Source of the DNA: Gemmatimonadales bacterium
GTDB taxonomy: Bacteria > Gemmatimonadota > Gemmatimonadetes > Gemmatimonadales > GWC2-71-9
Assembly: GCA_036262935.1 (NCBI GenBank)
Contig: DATAHW010000058.1
Location: 6,024 to 70,023, forward strand
Direction: 5' to 3'
Length of the DNA stretch: 64,000 bases
Both the position numbers and the translations under genes were made by a program. A model generated the notes under the pieces. It saw nothing but the letters and a program-made list of their open reading frames with translations, was not told the origin of the DNA and did no database searches. Shown piece after piece: positions 34,388-45,100 of the stretch. Position 1 is the first letter of the stretch. Each line of letters opens with the position of its first letter.

Positions 34388-35449
34388 TCAGTCGCCGGTC
34401 GAGGGCACCTCATGACTCAGCGTGAGCTGGAAATACGGCGGCGCATCGCCCTCGAACAGCACGACGGAATAGAAGTAGGTGCCGGGTTGGAGCGTGAGCG
34501 TGCCGTCCTCGGGCTGCGTCGATCCGGTACCGGCAAAGGCGCCGTCACTGCAACCCGCGTCGAAGCAGACGATCGCATCCAGGTCGGCCGCGTTCGGCCA
34601 GTTGGTCACGAAGTGGTAATCGCCCGCTTCGGTTACGGTAAAGCGGTAGTACTGCGCACCCAGACCACCGTCGCCCGTGATGTCCGGGTTCGCGAGCGCA
34701 CCGGTATCGAAGAAGTTGACCGTCCCGCCGAGCGCCGGCACGGGAATGATCGGTCCGGTATTCGGCGAATCGCTGCCGGGCAGCTGCGTCGAACTCGCGG
34801 CTACAGCTTCCGTCGTCGGCAGTGTGAGCGGTACACCGGGTAGATCGGAGAAACCGACGCCGCCCAGCGTCAGCGGACCAGTGCTGCCGGGAATCAGCAC
34901 CACCGACAGCGAGGTGCCGTCGGGAGACACCGACTGCACCAGGCCGGAGCCGAGGCCCGACTCGACGGTGGCTTCGGGCGAGAAGGTATACCCGGCCGGT
35001 AGCGTGATCGTCGCCGCCTCGTTGACCGCCGGCGTTGCGGTCGAGAAGGTGGCCGCGATGATCGTGGGGAGCACCCGGACCGGCACCGGCTGCGTGAGGT
35101 TGCCCCCATTCACCGTGAACCCGCTGGTGCCGACCGTCAAGCCCGACACGATGAACCGCTGGCGCGTGTTGAGCTTCGTGCCGTTCGTCGTCTCGAGAAA
35201 TGTGGTGTCCTCCACCACGGAGATCTTCGAATCGACATCCGTCGGCTGGAAGTTGACGGGCAACTGATTGCCCTGCTCATCCAGCAGTTGCGCCGTCACG
35301 AAGACGTTGGCACCCTGATTGACAAACACCACGGAGGGATCGGTGGAGATTTCCTTCCCGGTCTCCTCAAAGGACCCCGTGGGATCTCCACCGCACGCCC
35401 CGGCGCCGGCAGCAAGGAGGAGAAGCAAGCCACACTTCGAACGCGTCAT
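34388..35449 (-). CDS. Secreted lipoprotein with Ig-like repeats and a PPC (pre-peptidase C-terminal)-like domain. Last gene of the TBDR-cargo-PorV operon.
   Basis: Lipobox LLLLAAGAGAC, beta-rich repeats, and a C-terminal segment YYRFTVTEAGDYHFVTNWPNAADLDAIVCFDAGC..GTYFYSVVLFEG that resembles PPC domains. Confidence 0.45.
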   Translation of the reverse strand: MTRSKCGLLLLLAAGAGACGGDPTGSFEETGKEISTDPSVVFVNQGANVFVTAQLLDEQGNQLPVNFQPTDVDSKISVVEDTTFLETTNGTKLNTRQRFIVSGLTVGTSGFTVNGGNLTQPVPVRVLPTIIAATFSTATPAVNEAATITLPAGYTFSPEATVESGLGSGLVQSVSPDGTSLSVVLIPGSTGPLTLGGVGFSDLPGVPLTLPTTEAVAASSTQLPGSDSPNTGPIIPVPALGGTVNFFDTGALANPDITGDGGLGAQYYRFTVTEAGDYHFVTNWPNAADLDAIVCFDAGCSDGAFAGTGSTQPEDGTLTLQPGTYFYSVVLFEGDAPPYFQLTLSHEVPSTGD

Positions 35450-35510
35450 ACGGGCACCTCGTGTTGAGAGAGCGATGGAAACGGTTCAGCCGGTCCGGCA
35501 GACGGCCGGG

Positions 35511-36968
35511 TCACTGCCGCCGAGCCTGCGACAACAGGTCTACGCCCAGGAATCGGCCGGCGTCTTCGACCGCGGGCGCCCCGAGCAGTTCACCCCACCC
35601 CGGCAGCCCCGGCTCCTTCAGGTCATTCGAGTAGATCAGCTTGTACGCGCCGAATCCCGACCGATCGGCGAAGATGTAGAACGCGCCCTTCCCCGTGGCG
35701 TACCGCCACACCTCGTATGGCGGAGCCCGGCCCTCCTGCTGCCTGCGGTAGACTTCCTCGGGCGCACCGTTCTTGGCGTAGATCCGCCCGCGATCGGTCC
35801 GCCACCCCGCCACCGCCGTACGTCCGCCCTCGCGGTAGGTATGGTCGGCGTAATCGACCGCCTGATAGAACTGCTCGCGCCGCTCGTTGCGGGGCGTTCC
35901 GGGCGTCGGGTCCCGGGCTTGCCAGAAGTTGGCCAGGAACCGCCGCTTGGCGGTAACGCTGAGCTTGTCGTTCCAGGCCCCGAGCTCGCCCGACTCCGCG
36001 ATGTACGACAGCGGGGCCTTGGCCTGGTCGAGCTGCTCGGCCGTCATCTCGCCGAAGTAGCCCTCGTCGGTGACGCGGTTCTCCGCGCGGCGGGCGCTGT
36101 CCCGCGCCAGTGTCGCGCCCAGCGGCGCCATGACGAACTCCCCCGAGCGGCGCACCATGCCGTCCTGGAGCTTCATCTCCGCCGTCATCGTGAACTCGCC
36201 CGGCGGAAGCCCGGTGAGATCCAGTTGCCCCTTCAGAATGCTCCCGCCCGGGGCCACGACGATCGGGATGGATGCCGTCTGCAACACCTTCGCTCCCGCG
36301 GAATCAGCTACCAGGACACTGAGTGTGCCCTTGTCGACCGCGGGGGAGTACGCCTCGAGCAAGTAGTACACCTTGGGCCGGAGCGGCGTGATCGTGACCT
36401 CCGCCGCCGCGGTGACCAGATTATTGCCCGTCCGGAACTCGCCCGGCCGGGGCCCTGCCTCGCTGTCCGCCGGCACCCGCATCTCCGGCGAGATCAGGAG
36501 GTCCGACGCCTTGGCGGTGTCCGCCAGTGCGTCGATGGGCACGGCCGCGCTCACCTGTCGGCCCGATACGGAGTCCCGGACGTCCACCTCGAACCGGTAG
36601 TGCCCGGGCGCGACCGCGAAGTCCACGATCTCGACCGCGGACTGCCCGTCCTGGCCCGCGCCGGACGGGACGTGGTTGGCCCACTCCTGGTGGAACAGCG
36701 TCAGGCCGGTGGAGTCGGCCACCCGCGCCGAGACCGTGTAGCCCCCCGCACCACCCGAGCCCGCCGGCGTGACGATCGAGAGCGGAATCTGCACCAGTCC
36801 CTTGACCCGGGTCTGCTTCGAGTCCGCCCGGTAGAACCGGAGCGCCCTGACCGTCAGCCCAGAATCGTTCTGACCGGCCCTGCCCGCCGCGGGCATCATG
36901 CCGAGCACCGCGGCGAGTCCGGCCGTCATCAATCGCAACATGAACATACCCATTCCACGGGAGCCCAA
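35511..36968 (-). CDS. GWxTD domain protein
   Basis: Signal peptide, then a C-terminal region with FWQARDPTPGTPRNERREQFY..AVAGWRTDRGRIY..YEVWRY..FADRSGFGAYKLIYS, which matches the GWxTD signature. Confidence 0.65.
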   Translation of the reverse strand: MGSRGMGMFMLRLMTAGLAAVLGMMPAAGRAGQNDSGLTVRALRFYRADSKQTRVKGLVQIPLSIVTPAGSGGAGGYTVSARVADSTGLTLFHQEWANHVPSGAGQDGQSAVEIVDFAVAPGHYRFEVDVRDSVSGRQVSAAVPIDALADTAKASDLLISPEMRVPADSEAGPRPGEFRTGNNLVTAAAEVTITPLRPKVYYLLEAYSPAVDKGTLSVLVADSAGAKVLQTASIPIVVAPGGSILKGQLDLTGLPPGEFTMTAEMKLQDGMVRRSGEFVMAPLGATLARDSARRAENRVTDEGYFGEMTAEQLDQAKAPLSYIAESGELGAWNDKLSVTAKRRFLANFWQARDPTPGTPRNERREQFYQAVDYADHTYREGGRTAVAGWRTDRGRIYAKNGAPEEVYRRQQEGRAPPYEVWRYATGKGAFYIFADRSGFGAYKLIYSNDLKEPGLPGWGELLGAPAVEDAGRFLGVDLLSQARRQ

Positions 36969-36984
36969 GCTCCCGCATGCATGC

Positions 36985-38115
36985 CTACCAACCGACCGTC
37001 ACGCTGAAGAAATTCGTGCCGCCCAGCACGCCGTGGTACTTCCAGGCGTAGTCGAACCCGAGGTCGAAGCCCGGGGTGGCGTAGTTGACACCGCCGCCGA
37101 GGGCGAGACCCTGCAGGTTCTCCTCGTCGCTCAGCGCCGTGGTGCTGCGCGGGTCGGTGGGGCTCAGGTTGTTGGCCGCCATGTAGCTGTAGCTGCCGCG
37201 GACGGCGAACCCGAAGGGCGAGTCGCCGAGATGCTGGGTCGCCCACTCCGCGCCGCCCGAGAAGCCGGCCTTGTTGTTGTTCGGCTGGTTGAAGTCGCCG
37301 AGCAGGGAGAGTCGGTTGTTCTCGCCGGTCATGAGATCATACGCCAAGCCCACCCGAAATGTGGTGGGGAGGTTGAACCCCGTGGTGCGGAATTCCGACG
37401 GCTGGGGGTTCTCCGGCACCGTGGGCTCGCCGGGGATCGGGTCCCGCGGGGTGTCCGTGTCGAGCGCGTTGCCGCTGTACGACAGGTTGGTCCCGAGGTT
37501 GGAGAGCACGAACGAGAACTGGATCGGGTGGCCGTTGAGCTGGGAATGGAAGTTGGTGCCGAAGTCCACGCCGAACGCGTTGCCGCTCGCCTCACCGAGT
37601 TGATCGAAGATCCCCTTGGCCGTGACGCCGGCGGAGAAGCGGTCGGAGAAATTCTGCGACAACGTCAGGCCGACGAAGGTCTCGTTGACGGAGTACACCG
37701 ACCCGGTGCCCTCGGGCTGGGTGGCGGTGTAGACCGGCTGGTCCTTGAACCCGTAAGTGCCGACCTGCAGGCCCACGGCGCGCGTGCCGCCGGAGAAGGG
37801 AAAGACGAGACCGCCCCAGCTGTACCGGGTGTCGGCAATGTAGTCATAGGTGCTGATCATGGCCCCCGGCCGCGTCACCAGTGCCGCGCCGCCGGGGTTG
37901 TAGTAAAGCGCGCTCACGTCGGTCGCGATCGCCGCGAAGGCGCCGCCGAGCGCGGTGCCCCGCGCGCCGGCGCCGAACAGCAGGAATTCCGCCGAGGTGG
38001 TGCCGTACGAGGTGTTGTCCTGATTGATGTCGTCCTGGGCGGACGCCATCGCGGGAAGTCCACTCAGCAGCGCGGCCACCAGTGCGGCCAGGTGTCGAGC
38101 CCGAAAATCACTCAT
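36985..38115 (-). CDS. porV: PorV/PorQ family outer-membrane beta-barrel protein (T9SS cargo shuttle-like)
   Basis: Signal peptide ..LPAMASA/QDD. The N-terminal signature GTTSAEFLLFGAGARGTALGGAFAAIATDVSALYYNPGG, an alternating beta-strand pattern and the C-terminus FFSVTVGW fit the family. AGGAGA lies upstream of the ATG. Confidence 0.7.
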   Translation of the reverse strand: MSDFRARHLAALVAALLSGLPAMASAQDDINQDNTSYGTTSAEFLLFGAGARGTALGGAFAAIATDVSALYYNPGGAALVTRPGAMISTYDYIADTRYSWGGLVFPFSGGTRAVGLQVGTYGFKDQPVYTATQPEGTGSVYSVNETFVGLTLSQNFSDRFSAGVTAKGIFDQLGEASGNAFGVDFGTNFHSQLNGHPIQFSFVLSNLGTNLSYSGNALDTDTPRDPIPGEPTVPENPQPSEFRTTGFNLPTTFRVGLAYDLMTGENNRLSLLGDFNQPNNNKAGFSGGAEWATQHLGDSPFGFAVRGSYSYMAANNLSPTDPRSTTALSDEENLQGLALGGGVNYATPGFDLGFDYAWKYHGVLGGTNFFSVTVGW

Positions 38116-38143
38116 ATGCGTTCCGTCTCCTGGATGCTGGGGA

Positions 38144-38165
38144 GGGCAGGCCCGAAGGCCTGCCC
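38144..38165 (-). other. Intra-operon hairpin GGGCAGGCC-TTCG-GGCCTGCCC between the cargo gene and the porV-like gene
   Basis: 9-bp perfect stem with a TTCG tetraloop (minus-strand reading), located 14 nt after the cargo stop. Confidence 0.5.
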
Positions 38166-38178
38166 CCGGGGGCCTCTA

Positions 38179-41100
38179 CTACTGAGCGAAGTTGACGATG
38201 GTGAACCGGCCCACTCTCCGGGCGTCACCGGCCTCGATGTGGTAGAAGTACACGCCGCTCGCCACGACCTGATTGTTCCGGTTCCGCACGTTCCAGTTCT
38301 CGGCGCCGCCGAACTGGTCGGAGTGGTGCTCCAGCAGATTCACCAGCACGCCGCTGGACGAGTAGATCCGGATGATCGCGTCAGTCGGGAGATTGACGAA
38401 CTTGATCACCTTCGAGTCGGTGGTCGACTCGAACTGGTTGGTGACGTAGTACGGATCGGGCACCGTGTGGACCTTCGTCAGATCGTTGGCGGTGGCCGCG
38501 ACCACGTTGTTCACCACCGTGATCTTGGTGCTGAGCTCCACGCCCACGGCCGTCAGCGGTCGGATGCCTTCGGGGTTGCTATAGGCGTACGGGCCGAGGC
38601 TGCCGGCGCCGACACCGTTGCCGCCCGTGATCGCGCCGACGTACTGGCGCAGCGCCCACACAGTTCCCGCCGCCGGCACCGCGCCGCCGGCCAGCTCGAA
38701 GGTGAACATGTCGCCGGAGATGTAGAGCGCGAAGCCGTTGCTCCCGCCGGGCACGATCGGCACCGCCGGCGGATATGCGCCGCCGCTGAAGAAGCCCACG
38801 GTGCCGGGCACGGCGGTATTGCTGAGCCTGTAGGGCGCCGTGGTGCTCGGGCAGATGAGCCCGCCCGCCGCGTAGGTCCGGAATGGCTCGACGCACGCGA
38901 AGTCGGCGTTGGTGAGCGTCGCGCTTCCGTCCAGGCCGGGTCCGACGGCGGTGGCGGCCTGGTTCAGCACGCCCCAGGTCCCCCCCGCGATCGAGTCGAA
39001 CGGCACGACGACGTTATGGGTTACGTCGATGACCGAGTCGATGACCCCGCCGGTGCCCCAGTAGAGGTTGAAGTCCGCCGCGCGCTTGGCCCCGGACTGG
39101 ATGCCGGCCACCGGACGGCAGCTGGCGCCACCCGCCGACTGGTAGCACTGCGTCTGGTAGATCGTGGTCACGCCGGGAAGCGCGCCCGCGTTGTTGAAGC
39201 AGGGCATCGGGGTATTGGTGAAGTTGCCGGTGTTGCACCCGATCGGATCGGCTTGGGTCTCGTTGTTCTGGGGCGATGGCCCGGCGAACCAGCGTGATCC
39301 ATTGTAGGCGCATTCGCCTGCGTCACCGAAGCCCTCCTGGTTGTTGACGCAGCCGCGGCCATAGAGCGCGAGGTAGTCCGGACCAGGGAGGCTCACGGTC
39401 GCCGATGCGGAGAGCTTGAAATTCGCATTGCCGCCGAACCGGCTCGCCAAGCTCGGGTCGATCGGTACAGCCGGTGCCCCCGCCGACGCCGTCGTGACGC
39501 CGGTCTCCTCGGGCTGGAGGATGGGAACGCTCGCGATGCCCGAGGAGCTGCCGGAGGCAACCGTAAACCAGTACTTGTGCGGGACTCCTTGATAGGGCGA
39601 TCCGAGCGTGACGCTGTCCAGCCGGGCTGAGACGTCGGTTTCGCCGGTCAGCACTTGGGTGGCGATCGCACCAACCCCCACGCTCCAGCCGTTCGCCGGC
39701 GGGAACGGACCGCTGAACATGCCGGTCGTCGGGTCGATCGTCGGGTTGGGCGCGGCGCTGTCGAGTGCCTGCCCGCGGCCCAGGAACGCGGTGGTCACGT
39801 TCGCAATGTCGTTCTGGAAGTTCGGGGACTGCGCCGCCGGGGTGACCGACTTGGTGTTACGCGGCGACTCGATGCTCGCCGGCCCGGACTGCAGGGAGTT
39901 GATGTCGAACGCGGTCACCGAATAGAAATAGCGCAGGTTGCTGCGCACTCCGTGGTCGATGAAGGTGAAGGGGATGCCGGTGTCCCGGAGTGCAGGATAC
40001 CCCTGGCCTCCGCCCGTGGTGGCGGTATCGGCGTGCAGGATGAGCGCCTCGCCCGTTGCGAGCGCGGTGCGGTCGCCCTTCCTGACCTGGATCACCGGAC
40101 CAACGAGAGGAATATCCACGCCGATGGTCGGCACCACGCCCGAGGTGGTATCGAACGGGACAGGGCAGGCGATGGCGATCCCGAGCTCCGGTGCGCACTG
40201 CGGGGACGGGTTGACCTGGCCAGTGAAGTCCTTGATCAGCGTGCCCACGTAGTCGAACTGGGCCACCAGCGAGAGCGAGTTGGGGGAATCCACCCGACCG
40301 CGGTAGATCCGGTAGCCCTCGACGTCGAACTGGCGGTAGTTCGGATCGAACAGCAGGTTCGGCGCGCCTTCCGGGGTGAGCGGCTGGCTGGCGATGGCGA
40401 AGAACGGATCGCCGGTCGTCTCGCTCGCGGTCTGGCGCCACAGCACAGTTACCTGGTTGTCGCCCGGGATCAGGAAGAACTCGGGCGCGTCGGGCGCGAA
40501 CGGCAGCAGGAAGCCGTTGTTGAACACCTGCTGTGCCACGAGCGCCTTGCCCAGCAGCGAGTTGGGCACCACGTCGATCGAGTCCTGGACCACTGCGCCG
40601 TTGGCATCCGCCCCGCGGAAACCGCGATAGCCGGTGACGGAGTCCACCGCGTTAGCGCCGGCGTTGAGTGCCGTCGGAGAGCTGAGCCTCGTGGGGTCGC
40701 CCGGCGCCAGATCGCAGGTGCCCGGGCCGGTGCACGAGCCGGTGATGACCGGGGCGGCAAAGATGTAGGCCACCACGATGGAGCCGAACTGGCCGGGGCC
40801 GAGTGTCAGGGGGCCCGACGACTGGAAGAACCGCATGTCGTCCGGCGCCGTGTTGTTGATGAAGCAGATATGGCTGACGTGCGGGTCGCCGGTGTTGCAG
40901 TTGGCGTCGCCCGCGGCCGGGCTGATGTTGTTGGAGATGTAGCGGTAGAGCTGCGTCGTGTTCTGCGCGTCGTCGAACGAGCCGCCGTTGATGGTGTTGC
41001 TGAAGAGGGTGAGGCCCACCTCGGCGCCGTTCACGATCGGGCTCTTGAGGTACTTCACCCCGACGAACCCCGAGCCGGGAAAGAACGGCGGGCTGAAGAT

Positions 41101-42108
41101 CGACGGGTCGAAGGTCCAGCCGTCAGCGCCCGCGAAGTCGCTCGCGTACACATACCCCAGGGCGAACGGCACGTTCACCGACGAGAAGTTGGAAGTGGCC
41201 TCGGCGACGTCCATGTCGGCCGAGAACGCCGCGAACATGTTGGTGACGGTGTAGCCGCCGTCCGGAATCTGGATCCCGAACGCCTGCTCGTTCTTCTCCT
41301 GGAAGATCTGCCCCTGGCGGGCCAGGATCTCGTCCATGCCGGGGCGCACGCCGTTGGCCTGGTACACCCCGATATCCGACGAGGTCACGTTGTAGAACGT
41401 GTAGATGTAGTAGAGGATGTCCTCGTTGCCCACGGGATAGTTCCAGCCCATGCCCCGCTGTTCGACCATGATACCTAGCGGATGCGGGCGGCCGGCGCCC
41501 AGCGCCGGATTGCCATCCCACGAGAGCCACCAGACGTCGCCCTGCGATGCCACGGCACGGCCGCGGAGGAGCGGGTTGAACAGCTCCGCCTGGGTGTCGC
41601 CGTTGGGCACCTTGGCCGCCTTGGACACGATGTCGGCGCCGGCGGTGGTGTCCGACATGAAGGTGAGGTCGTCCGGGTTGCTGGAATTGTAGATCGGCTC
41701 GACTTCTTCCCCGTGCTGGGTCGTGCCCTTGGGGTCGAAGAAGAAGGCGCCGGTGGTGTCACCCGCCCATTCGGGGTTGGCGTCGCCGCCAATGATGCCG
41801 GCGAGCTGCAGGCCGGAGTTGAACACGTACTGGTCGGCCGTGCCCTTGGGCCAGAAGCCGCCGCCGATGGTGGACGAGTTCGTCGAGTCCACGCAGACCT
41901 CGCCGTCCGAGTTCAAGCCGCAATAGATGCGGTTGACCGTGATCGCGCCGAGGGTGCGGGCAAACAGGCGGAAGCCGCGCTTCCCGGGCACGCCCGGCTT
42001 GGGCTTGGCGGGCTCCAGGGCCGCGGACGCCGTGGGCGTCAGGACCGCCAGACCGAGCGAGCAGAGCGCGGCCAGCAGCACGGTGCGCGTACGCAAAAAG
42101 GAGTGCAT
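38179..42108 (-). CDS. 1309-aa secreted protein of unknown function with a T9SS-type C-terminal sorting domain (CTD)
   Basis: Signal peptide ..LTPTASA/ALE. The last about 85 aa (VPDPYYV..IKFVNLPTDAIIRIYSSSGVLVNLLEH..WNVRNRNNQVVASGVYFYHIEAGDARRVGRFTIVNFAQ) match the Por_Secre_tail/FlgD-Ig-like pattern. I recognised no catalytic motif in the body. Confidence 0.65.
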   Translation of the reverse strand: MHSFLRTRTVLLAALCSLGLAVLTPTASAALEPAKPKPGVPGKRGFRLFARTLGAITVNRIYCGLNSDGEVCVDSTNSSTIGGGFWPKGTADQYVFNSGLQLAGIIGGDANPEWAGDTTGAFFFDPKGTTQHGEEVEPIYNSSNPDDLTFMSDTTAGADIVSKAAKVPNGDTQAELFNPLLRGRAVASQGDVWWLSWDGNPALGAGRPHPLGIMVEQRGMGWNYPVGNEDILYYIYTFYNVTSSDIGVYQANGVRPGMDEILARQGQIFQEKNEQAFGIQIPDGGYTVTNMFAAFSADMDVAEATSNFSSVNVPFALGYVYASDFAGADGWTFDPSIFSPPFFPGSGFVGVKYLKSPIVNGAEVGLTLFSNTINGGSFDDAQNTTQLYRYISNNISPAAGDANCNTGDPHVSHICFINNTAPDDMRFFQSSGPLTLGPGQFGSIVVAYIFAAPVITGSCTGPGTCDLAPGDPTRLSSPTALNAGANAVDSVTGYRGFRGADANGAVVQDSIDVVPNSLLGKALVAQQVFNNGFLLPFAPDAPEFFLIPGDNQVTVLWRQTASETTGDPFFAIASQPLTPEGAPNLLFDPNYRQFDVEGYRIYRGRVDSPNSLSLVAQFDYVGTLIKDFTGQVNPSPQCAPELGIAIACPVPFDTTSGVVPTIGVDIPLVGPVIQVRKGDRTALATGEALILHADTATTGGGQGYPALRDTGIPFTFIDHGVRSNLRYFYSVTAFDINSLQSGPASIESPRNTKSVTPAAQSPNFQNDIANVTTAFLGRGQALDSAAPNPTIDPTTGMFSGPFPPANGWSVGVGAIATQVLTGETDVSARLDSVTLGSPYQGVPHKYWFTVASGSSSGIASVPILQPEETGVTTASAGAPAVPIDPSLASRFGGNANFKLSASATVSLPGPDYLALYGRGCVNNQEGFGDAGECAYNGSRWFAGPSPQNNETQADPIGCNTGNFTNTPMPCFNNAGALPGVTTIYQTQCYQSAGGASCRPVAGIQSGAKRAADFNLYWGTGGVIDSVIDVTHNVVVPFDSIAGGTWGVLNQAATAVGPGLDGSATLTNADFACVEPFRTYAAGGLICPSTTAPYRLSNTAVPGTVGFFSGGAYPPAVPIVPGGSNGFALYISGDMFTFELAGGAVPAAGTVWALRQYVGAITGGNGVGAGSLGPYAYSNPEGIRPLTAVGVELSTKITVVNNVVAATANDLTKVHTVPDPYYVTNQFESTTDSKVIKFVNLPTDAIIRIYSSSGVLVNLLEHHSDQFGGAENWNVRNRNNQVVASGVYFYHIEAGDARRVGRFTIVNFAQ

Positions 42109-42149
42109 CGAGTCCTCTCTTCAAGTTGGAACGAAGGGGGCCCGGCCTT

Positions 42150-42179
42150 CCGGCCGCCGGTCGGTGTGACCGGGGCCGG
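42150..42179 (-). other. Intra-operon hairpin (12-bp stem with one bulge) between the TonB-dependent receptor and the cargo gene
   Basis: CCGGCCCCGGTC-ACACC-GACCGG(C)GGCCGG on the minus strand, beginning 16 nt after the receptor stop. Confidence 0.4.
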
Positions 42180-42194
42180 AATGCCGTGCTCAGC

Positions 42195-45100
42195 CTAGAA
42201 GTTCAGCTCCAGCCCGAGCCGGAACCGCCGCGGCGAACTGGTGAAGTTGTGGATCCCGCGCACCTCATCATAGAGGGCGTTGGATGCCGCGCGCTGCTCG
42301 TTCAGGTCGAACACGTGATCGCCGTTGCCGTACCGCTCCTCGGTGCGGATGAGCGCGACGCAGTTCGGTGAGCCCGGAGAGCCATCCTGCTTGAGCCACG
42401 AGTCGCACCCGGTCCGGGGATCGGTCGCGCCATTGAAGCTCAGGTCGATGGATCCGTCGTTGAGCAGGAAACCGCCCCGGTCCGCCTCGTTCGCGTAGTC
42501 TGCGCTGTCGGCGGCGAAGTTCTGCGTCCGCTCCCGCTCGTTGGCCACGTCGTTCGTGGTCGTGAAGACCTGGATGATGTTCTTGAAGTTGAGGACGTTC
42601 CGCGCCTCCAGGTAGCCGGTGAGGTCCATCCCCCGGATCGTGAAGCCCTTGGTCAGCCGCAGGTCCAGGTTCTTGTACGCCGGCAGCCGCGAGCTGTTGA
42701 GCGGCTCCGGGAAGGTCCGGTTGCAGCTATCGCCCGAGACGATGTCCTCGTCGCCGGCGTTCTGCGCGCAGGGCGTGTACGGGGTGCCGCTGGTGTAGCG
42801 GAAGGTGGCGAACAGACCCACGTTCTGAAGCACCGAGCCCAGCGTGGACCCGCGCTTCCAGTCGTTGGGGAAATTGAGGGCCCCCGCCAGGGCCAGGTTG
42901 TGCGGCCGATTGAAGTCGGTCGGCAGGATGGCCTGCGGCGGCGGCTGATTGCCACCCGACACCTGGTTCAGCACCCGCGAGCCGAAGTCGAGATAAGTAT
43001 CCGGGTCCGAGCCGGTGTTCTTCGACTGCTGGTAGGTGTAGGAGAGCGTGCCGTTGAAGAAGTTGCCGAACCGGCGGTCGAGCCGAACGTCGACGCCGCG
43101 GGTGTTGCCGAAGTCCGCGTTGGTGATGATGCGGAGGTTGTTGTCGATCCCGCGCAGCGGGTCGAAGCGCGACACCAGACGGCCGGCGGCGTTCGCCAGA
43201 TTGTCCTTGTTGTACGCCGCGATGTCCAGGACCATGTCGTCGCTGAACGCGTGCCGGATGCCGAACTCGAACGTGATCGTCTTGCCGAAGTCCAGGTCGC
43301 TGCCGTAGAAGTTGTTGGTGTTCGTCGTGGCCAGGTCGGTGTTGATGCCCTGCAGCACCACGCCGAAGTCCGGGGCCTGGACCTGGTGGGCGTAGGAGAA
43401 CCGGAAATTCGTCCGGTCCGTCACCGGGAACGACACCTGGATGTGCGGGCTCAGGTAGTCGTGCGCCTTGTCCCGCGGGAACAGCGAGTCGCTGGTGAAG
43501 AACGCCTGTGGATCGGTTGGGTTGAACGCCGGATTGGTCGAGATCCGGGGGAAGCCGTTCCACCGGCGCGCCCGGGTGTCGTACCGATCGTACCGGAGCC
43601 CGCCAACCACCACCACGTCGCCCAGGTCGAGCCGGTCCTCGAGGAACGCGTTCCAGCGGATGGGCTTCTCCATGTAGAAGTCGGAGAACGCCTGGCTGTC
43701 GAGCTGGTGCGAGTAGCTGTCGAGATGGTACTGGGTGAACTCGCCGCCCAGCTTGAGCCGGTTATAGCGGTCGAACTGCCAGTCCAGGTTGGCCTTGCCG
43801 ATGTAGCGGTTCTCGCGATAGAGCACCAGCGTCTGGGCAAACCGCGAGGACCCGGCCGGACCACCGCTCTCGGGGAAGAGCACCGAGGCGAACTCGTCCA
43901 GATTGTACAGGCCATAGGCGTTGTTCCGCCACTCGTCGGTGAGCGCGTACTGTGCCGTGTTCTCCAGATTGTAGGGCGACCGGCGGCTGCCGGCGATATT
44001 CTGCCGGTAGTTGTTGAGCAGGCTGTCGTCCAGCGGGAAGTTGTCGAAATTGAACAGGAAGTCGATCGGCTTGATCATGAACCCGCCGAACGGATCACGG
44101 GTGTTGAGCTCGCTCTCACTGGTCATCGTCCCGTTGATCGTGCGGTCGGTCTGGTACGAGAGGTACACGTCCAGCGCCAGGGCCCGCTCCGTGCTCCGGG
44201 TCAGGTTCTGGGTCCAGTTGAGGGTGAGGACATTGCTCCAGTTCCGGAAGGCCGGCAGGTTCTGCGGGGTGGAGAGCGCGCCGTAGGTCAGGAACCGGCC
44301 CGCGACGTCCAGGTTTTCGCGGAAGGTCCGCCCCTCGAACTGACTGCTCAGCGCCGTGAGCGCGATACGCGAGCCGGTGCCGAACGTGTAGTTGAGCTTG
44401 CCGGTGAGCTGGTACGTGGAGCGCGCCGACCAGGGCACCCGCACGCCCTCGCAGTCCACGCCGTAATTGCTGGCGATGCCCGGGTTGGTGCTGTTGGCGA
44501 AGGTGTCGCAGTCGCCCCGCGAGATGGCGTAGTTGTACACCGGCACGACCGTGGTATCCGCCGTCGGGTCGTTCACCGCGCTCGGCACCCGCAGCGTGGT
44601 GTCGATCCCCGCCTGCAGGAAGATCGGGAACTTCTGGCTGTCGAACCCGCTTTCGACCGACTGCTGTCCCTCCAGCGACCCCGACACGTAGAACGTGAAG
44701 TTCTTCGCGATCGGTCCGCCCAGGCTGGCCAGCACCCGATTGAAGCCGATGCTGTTGCCCACGCCGAACGGCTCGTCGGTCTCGAAGTTCAGGGACCCGC
44801 TGTACCGGTCGCCGCCGGTCCGGGTGGACAACGAAATGACGCCCGACTGGGCGTTGCCGAACTCGGCCGACGACGACCCGGTGGTGACCGACGCCTCTTC
44901 CAGCGAGTTCTTGCCGATGGCGATCTGCGTCCCCGCCGAGCCGCGGCGCGAGTCGCCACGGTATCCCGGGGAGACGGGCACGCCGTCGATGTAGGTCACG
45001 GCCTCCTCGGTGCGGCCGCCGCGGATCGAGATGGCACTCCCGCTCGAGTTGGCCGCCACCACGCCCGGCTGCAGGATCAGGACGCTGTTCAGCCGGTCCA

